59,006 bases of DNA from Solirubrobacteraceae bacterium. GTDB taxonomy: Bacteria > Actinomycetota > Thermoleophilia > Solirubrobacterales > Solirubrobacteraceae. The stretch lies in assembly GCA_034665165.1 (NCBI GenBank), contig JAXDGF010000035.1, positions 1 to 59,006 on the forward strand, written 5' to 3'. A program made the translations under genes and the position numbers. The notes beneath the pieces are model-generated. The model was not told the DNA's origin. It saw nothing but the letters and a program-made list of their open reading frames with translations, and ran no database searches. This document shows, piece after piece, positions 55,246 to 59,006 of the stretch; position 1 is the stretch's first letter, and each line of letters starts with the position of its first letter.

Positions 55246-56282
55246 TGCCTCCTCCCCAGCCCGAGCACCGCGACGACAACCTGATGGAGCGCTTCGACCG
55301 CACCGGCACGCGGCGCTTCCGGGCCCGCGATGCACTGATCGCTGGGGTGATCATCGCGGCCATCCTGGTCGTGACCTCGGGGACGTCGATCCGCAAGGCC
55401 GGCGAGCAGATGAACCCCGGCATCGGCCGGGATGCGGTGCTCGCCGTCGGACGCCCGTCGGCGTGGATCGCCGATCAGCTCCCCGTGCGCTCGGCGGCCC
55501 ACAAGTTGACGGCGTGGCTCTCGCCCGACCCGAACCTCAGCGGCCTCGGCGGCTTCAACCAGGAGGTCGTCGTGGGCGCCGCCGCCGGCATCCCGCCCGT
55601 CACCGCGGACGCCTTCGACCCGAGCTCGATCGGGGCGCCGTCGCCGCCCCGGCGGCGGCTCCACACTCTCCTGGTCACCGGTGACTCGATGTCCGAGCCC
55701 CTTGACCAGCACCTGGCCCAGACCCTCGGGCCGCAGGGCGTGCGCGTGGTCCAGGACCCTCACATCGGTACCGGCATCTCGAGCACCATCCTCGTCGACT
55801 GGGCCAAGCTCGCCACCTTTCAGGTGCAACACGACCACCCCGACGCCGTGGTCGTGTTCATCGGCGCCAACGACGCCTACTCGATGCCAGGACCGAACGG
55901 CAAGAACGTCAACTGCTGCAGCGCCGAGTGGGCCGCGATCTACGCCGGCCGGGTGCGGCGGATGATGAACACCTACCGCCAGGGGGGAACGGCCCGCATC
56001 TACTGGCTCACGCTTCCCGCCGCTCGTGACCCCGCGCGGGACGCGATCTCACGGGTCGTCAACGCCGCCATCGAGGTGGCGGCGGAACCGTGGCGCGACC
56101 AGATTCGCATCGTCGATACGGTGCCGGTGTTCACCCCCGGAAATCACTATCGCGACTCGATGCCGATCAATGGGGTGCCGACGATCGTGCGTCAGTCGGA
56201 CGGCATCCACCTCAACGACGCCGGATCGGCGCTCGCAGGCAAGGCTGTGCTCGCCTCCGTCGATCGGGACTTCACGCGCTGA
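55245..56282 (+). CDS. Membrane-anchored SGNH/GDSL protein (DUF459/PatB-like)
   Basis: TM, VTGDSM, FIGAND, YWLTLP, DGIH. TGATG coupling to the MBOAT gene. Confidence 0.85.
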   Translation: MPPPQPEHRDDNLMERFDRTGTRRFRARDALIAGVIIAAILVVTSGTSIRKAGEQMNPGIGRDAVLAVGRPSAWIADQLPVRSAAHKLTAWLSPDPNLSGLGGFNQEVVVGAAAGIPPVTADAFDPSSIGAPSPPRRRLHTLLVTGDSMSEPLDQHLAQTLGPQGVRVVQDPHIGTGISSTILVDWAKLATFQVQHDHPDAVVVFIGANDAYSMPGPNGKNVNCCSAEWAAIYAGRVRRMMNTYRQGGTARIYWLTLPAARDPARDAISRVVNAAIEVAAEPWRDQIRIVDTVPVFTPGNHYRDSMPINGVPTIVRQSDGIHLNDAGSALAGKAVLASVDRDFTR

Positions 56283-56296
56283 GCCCGACCCGCTCC

Positions 56297-58132
56297 TTGT
56301 TACCTCGCCCCCTTGCAAATCCCGCCGTTTGCTTGGTGAGCCTGCTCGCCGCCCTGTTGCTCGCGCTCCTGAACCCGGGGGTAAGCCGGGCCGACTGCGG
56401 CGGGGTCGAGACCTCCCGTGCCGCCCACCACCCGCGCGGGCAGCTCCCACCCCTGGCCATCGGCGACTCCACCCTGCTCCTGTCGTTACCCGGCCTGGCC
56501 GCGCGCGGGTTCGACGTCAACGCCCACGGCTGCCGCCAGTGGTATGAGGCCCTGGCCCTGATCGCCCAGCTCAAGGCCCAGGGCCGGCTTCCACACATGG
56601 TCGTGATCTTTCTCGGTGCCAACGGGTACGTCACCCATGACGACATCGGGGTGGCGCTCGGGATGCTGTGCTGCACCCGCCTGCTCGTCCTCGTCACCCC
56701 CCTTCAGCTCGGCGGGGTACCGGGTCAGAACGCGGTCATCGAGCACCAGGAGGCGCAAAAGCACCGGGGTCGGATCCTCCTCCTCGATTGGGTCAAGTAC
56801 AGCGCCGGCCATCCCGACTGGTTCCAGCCCGACCGCCTCCATCTCACGTGGGCGGGCGTCGCCGCCTTGAATCGCCTGATTTCCAGCGCGTCGCGCGACG
56901 CCTACCCGCCCAAGCGCAAGCACAAGCGCCGGCCCGTCGCGGTGGCGGCGGATCAGTTCTCGCTCGCGATCAGCACCTCCCTGGCCAATATGGGTTACGT
57001 GGGTGCCACGGTCACCGGCCCCGCGGACGCGAGCGTCCAGGTGAGCGAGCAGCTCGCCGGCGGGACGGCGCCGATCGGCGTGGTTCAGCTCTCACCCTCA
57101 GGGACGGCGACCATCGCTCAGGCGCTGACCTGGCGCTGCGACGTGCGCGCCCGCACGCTGGTCGCCGCCACGCTGCCCCCGGCCCTGCCCGCCAACGCGG
57201 TCGCGACGGTCACGACGCCCTCGTGCGCTCACCGGCTGCACGCAACGATCGGCGCCCGCGCGCGAGCCGGCAGCTCGATCGCGGTGCGCCTCACCGACCC
57301 CTGGGGGATCGGCGGGCTGCCGCTGACCATCTGCGCTACCCCGCCCGGCGGCGAGCGGACGTGCGGCCGCTCCCCGCTGGCGGCCGGGGAGGGCAAGCTC
57401 GCCGTCGCCATCCCCACGCCCAGGCCCGGCGGCTGGCGAATCTCGGTCGAGACCTCCTACGGCTTCAAGCACCGCGCCCTCGTCTGGGTCTCCCATCCGG
57501 GGGGCCGCATCCGGCTCCTGGCCGCCGGCGACTCAGAGATGCAGATCCTCGACACCTTCCTCGCCCGGGAGCTCGCTGGGCACCGAGTCAACGTCACCAG
57601 CGACGCGCGCATCAGCACCGGCCTGAGCAACCCGTTCTTCTTCAGCTGGCCGGGTCACGCCGCCCGCCAGGCGCCCGTCCTGCGCCCGGACGTGACGGTG
57701 CTCGTCATGGGCGCCAACGAGGGCTACTCGGTGACCGGCGCGGGCGGCCATTCGATCGCCTGCTGCAGCGCGGCCTGGAGCGCCGGCTATGCCGACCTCG
57801 TCGCGGAGATGATGCGCATCTACCTGCGCGGCGACGCCGGTCGCGTCTACTGGTTCCTCCTCCCTACACCGCGCCCGGCGAAGTTCCGCTCCGTCTTCGA
57901 CGCCGTCAACGCCGGCATCCGAGCGGCGGCCGCTCGCTTTCCCGGGCGCGTCGGCCTCATCGACGCCAACGCCTTCTTCACGCCCGGCGACCGGTATCGC
58001 GACCACATGGTCTACCGGGGCCACGGCTTCACCATCCACGAATCCGACGGCATCCACATCTCGGCGGCCAGCGACACCATCGCCGCGAACATCGTCACCC
58101 GTCGCCTGATCGCCGATCACGTGATCCACTGA
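56297..58132 (+). CDS. Secreted tandem-SGNH protein (OatA-C-like SGNH, beta-rich linker, DUF459-like SGNH)
   Basis: IGDS...FLGAN...LLDW...DRLH; AGDSEM...MGANE...YWFLLP...DGIH. Start uncertain (56279-56336). Confidence 0.8.
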   Translation: MLPRPLANPAVCLVSLLAALLLALLNPGVSRADCGGVETSRAAHHPRGQLPPLAIGDSTLLLSLPGLAARGFDVNAHGCRQWYEALALIAQLKAQGRLPHMVVIFLGANGYVTHDDIGVALGMLCCTRLLVLVTPLQLGGVPGQNAVIEHQEAQKHRGRILLLDWVKYSAGHPDWFQPDRLHLTWAGVAALNRLISSASRDAYPPKRKHKRRPVAVAADQFSLAISTSLANMGYVGATVTGPADASVQVSEQLAGGTAPIGVVQLSPSGTATIAQALTWRCDVRARTLVAATLPPALPANAVATVTTPSCAHRLHATIGARARAGSSIAVRLTDPWGIGGLPLTICATPPGGERTCGRSPLAAGEGKLAVAIPTPRPGGWRISVETSYGFKHRALVWVSHPGGRIRLLAAGDSEMQILDTFLARELAGHRVNVTSDARISTGLSNPFFFSWPGHAARQAPVLRPDVTVLVMGANEGYSVTGAGGHSIACCSAAWSAGYADLVAEMMRIYLRGDAGRVYWFLLPTPRPAKFRSVFDAVNAGIRAAAARFPGRVGLIDANAFFTPGDRYRDHMVYRGHGFTIHESDGIHISAASDTIAANIVTRRLIADHVIH

Positions 58133-58143
58133 CCCGGCGCCGG

Positions 58144-58197
58144 CCGTTCGGGGCGCTCCGGGCGTTCGGGGCGTTCGGGGCATTCGGCGCGTTCGGG
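58144..58197. repeat. 9-bp tandem repeat x6 (GCGTTCGGG consensus)
   Basis: Fills almost the whole gap between convergent SGNH genes. Confidence 0.88.
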
Positions 58198-58198
58198 G

Positions 58199-59006
58199 TC
58201 ACCACGGGGAGACCAGCCAGTCGTTGACCGCTGCCGCGGCGGAGAGCACCGGGCGGATGAGGGCCGCCTCGGCCGGCTCGGGCTGCGACTTCGGCGGTTT
58301 CGGGACCGCCGGCCCGGGCCCGGTGCGCGGGACGGCCGGAGTCGTGACGGTCACGCTCGGGACGCGGGCCGGCGTCGCCAGGAGCGCGCCCTCGACGAGG
58401 CGCGCGAAGGCGCCGATTCCCGCTGCGCTGGCCAGATGGATGCCGTCGGACGCGAACCAGCTCGCGTGCCCCGTGCTGAGCGCGTCCCAGTCGAGGACGA
58501 GGATGCGGCCGCGGTGCTGGTGCGCGGCCGAGCGGATCAGGTCCGGCACGTAGGCGTAGTTGCCGTGATGCGGCGTGACCATGGCCAGGACCCGGCTCGG
58601 GCCGACGAGGCTCAGGAGCTGATCGATCTGTGCCGTGGTGACGGCGCCGTTGGTCCCGAGCGCGACAACGACGATGCTCGGCAGGTTCTGGTCGTGCTGC
58701 TGGAGCCACACGATCCCTTGCGCCATGGTGCGGCACACCATGGCGTTGATGTGAAATCCGTACCCGGCGAGCGGTTGCGCGGCGTCGTAGAGCACGGAGT
58801 CGCCGACGGCGAGGGGCGCCGGCCCGGGCCCGACCGCCACCCGGGGGGCCAGGTCGATGGTCTCGCCGCACTGGGCGCTCGCGGGTGGCGCCGCGAAGGC
58901 CGCTACCGCCACGGCGGTGAGGATCGCCGCGGCGGCCGCGCCGCGGGTCGTTCCGCGCCGACGGCGGCGTCCGCCGGGCGCGCGCGCTGCACGTGGCCCA
59001 CATTGA
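58199..59006 (-). CDS. Secreted SGNH protein (OatA-C-like); 5' end at GTG 58912 or beyond the window edge
   Basis: AVGDSVL, ALGTNG, VLDW, DGIH. The frame is open to the edge and includes an Arg-rich n-region upstream of 58912. Confidence 0.8.
   Translation of the reverse strand, partial: QCGPRAARAPGGRRRRRGTTRGAAAAAILTAVAVAAFAAPPASAQCGETIDLAPRVAVGPGPAPLAVGDSVLYDAAQPLAGYGFHINAMVCRTMAQGIVWLQQHDQNLPSIVVVALGTNGAVTTAQIDQLLSLVGPSRVLAMVTPHHGNYAYVPDLIRSAAHQHRGRILVLDWDALSTGHASWFASDGIHLASAAGIGAFARLVEGALLATPARVPSVTVTTPAVPRTGPGPAVPKPPKSQPEPAEAALIRPVLSAAAAVNDWLVSPW

Overview
High-GC bacterial chromosome segment. Gene content and protein style suggest Actinomycetota, probably Thermoleophilia/Solirubrobacterales (inference). 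The core backbone is the minus-strand run yebC ... ruvC-ruvA-ruvB - Zn/PAS protein - secDF - recJ - rel, plus msrA, an MFS/TetR pair, a SAM-I riboswitch-controlled thrC-like/sulfur-carrier operon, a lipid kinase, an mcl/mch/mct-like mesaconyl-CoA cluster, GT-C/GH2/GT2 glycosylation genes, a class III adenylate cyclase, an FKBP and an MBOAT/SGNH O-acetylation cluster. A visibly more A+T-rich variable region (~22.4-32.9 kb) holds small genes, gene remnants and a decayed vapBC. Most interesting: (1) a module at 30.8-32.4 kb with four BlaI/CopY-type operator palindromes, two paralogous small proteins I cannot assign to a family, and a degenerate tRNA-Cys-like element in front of a third small gene; (2) an orphan group-1h-type [NiFe]-hydrogenase small subunit, with Arg in place of the distal His ligand, followed by a PAS-GGDEF-EAL gene instead of a large subunit; (3) a stand-alone Replic_Relax-like nuclease plus TraD/VirD4-like ATPase pair with an upstream hairpin; (4) a probable sulfur-carrier-dependent homocysteine route; (5) most of the glyoxylate-assimilation half of the 3-hydroxypropionate bi-cycle. 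No CRISPR array, rRNA, intact tRNA, integrase or transposase was recognised. All family calls come from motif recognition by eye; no database search was run.
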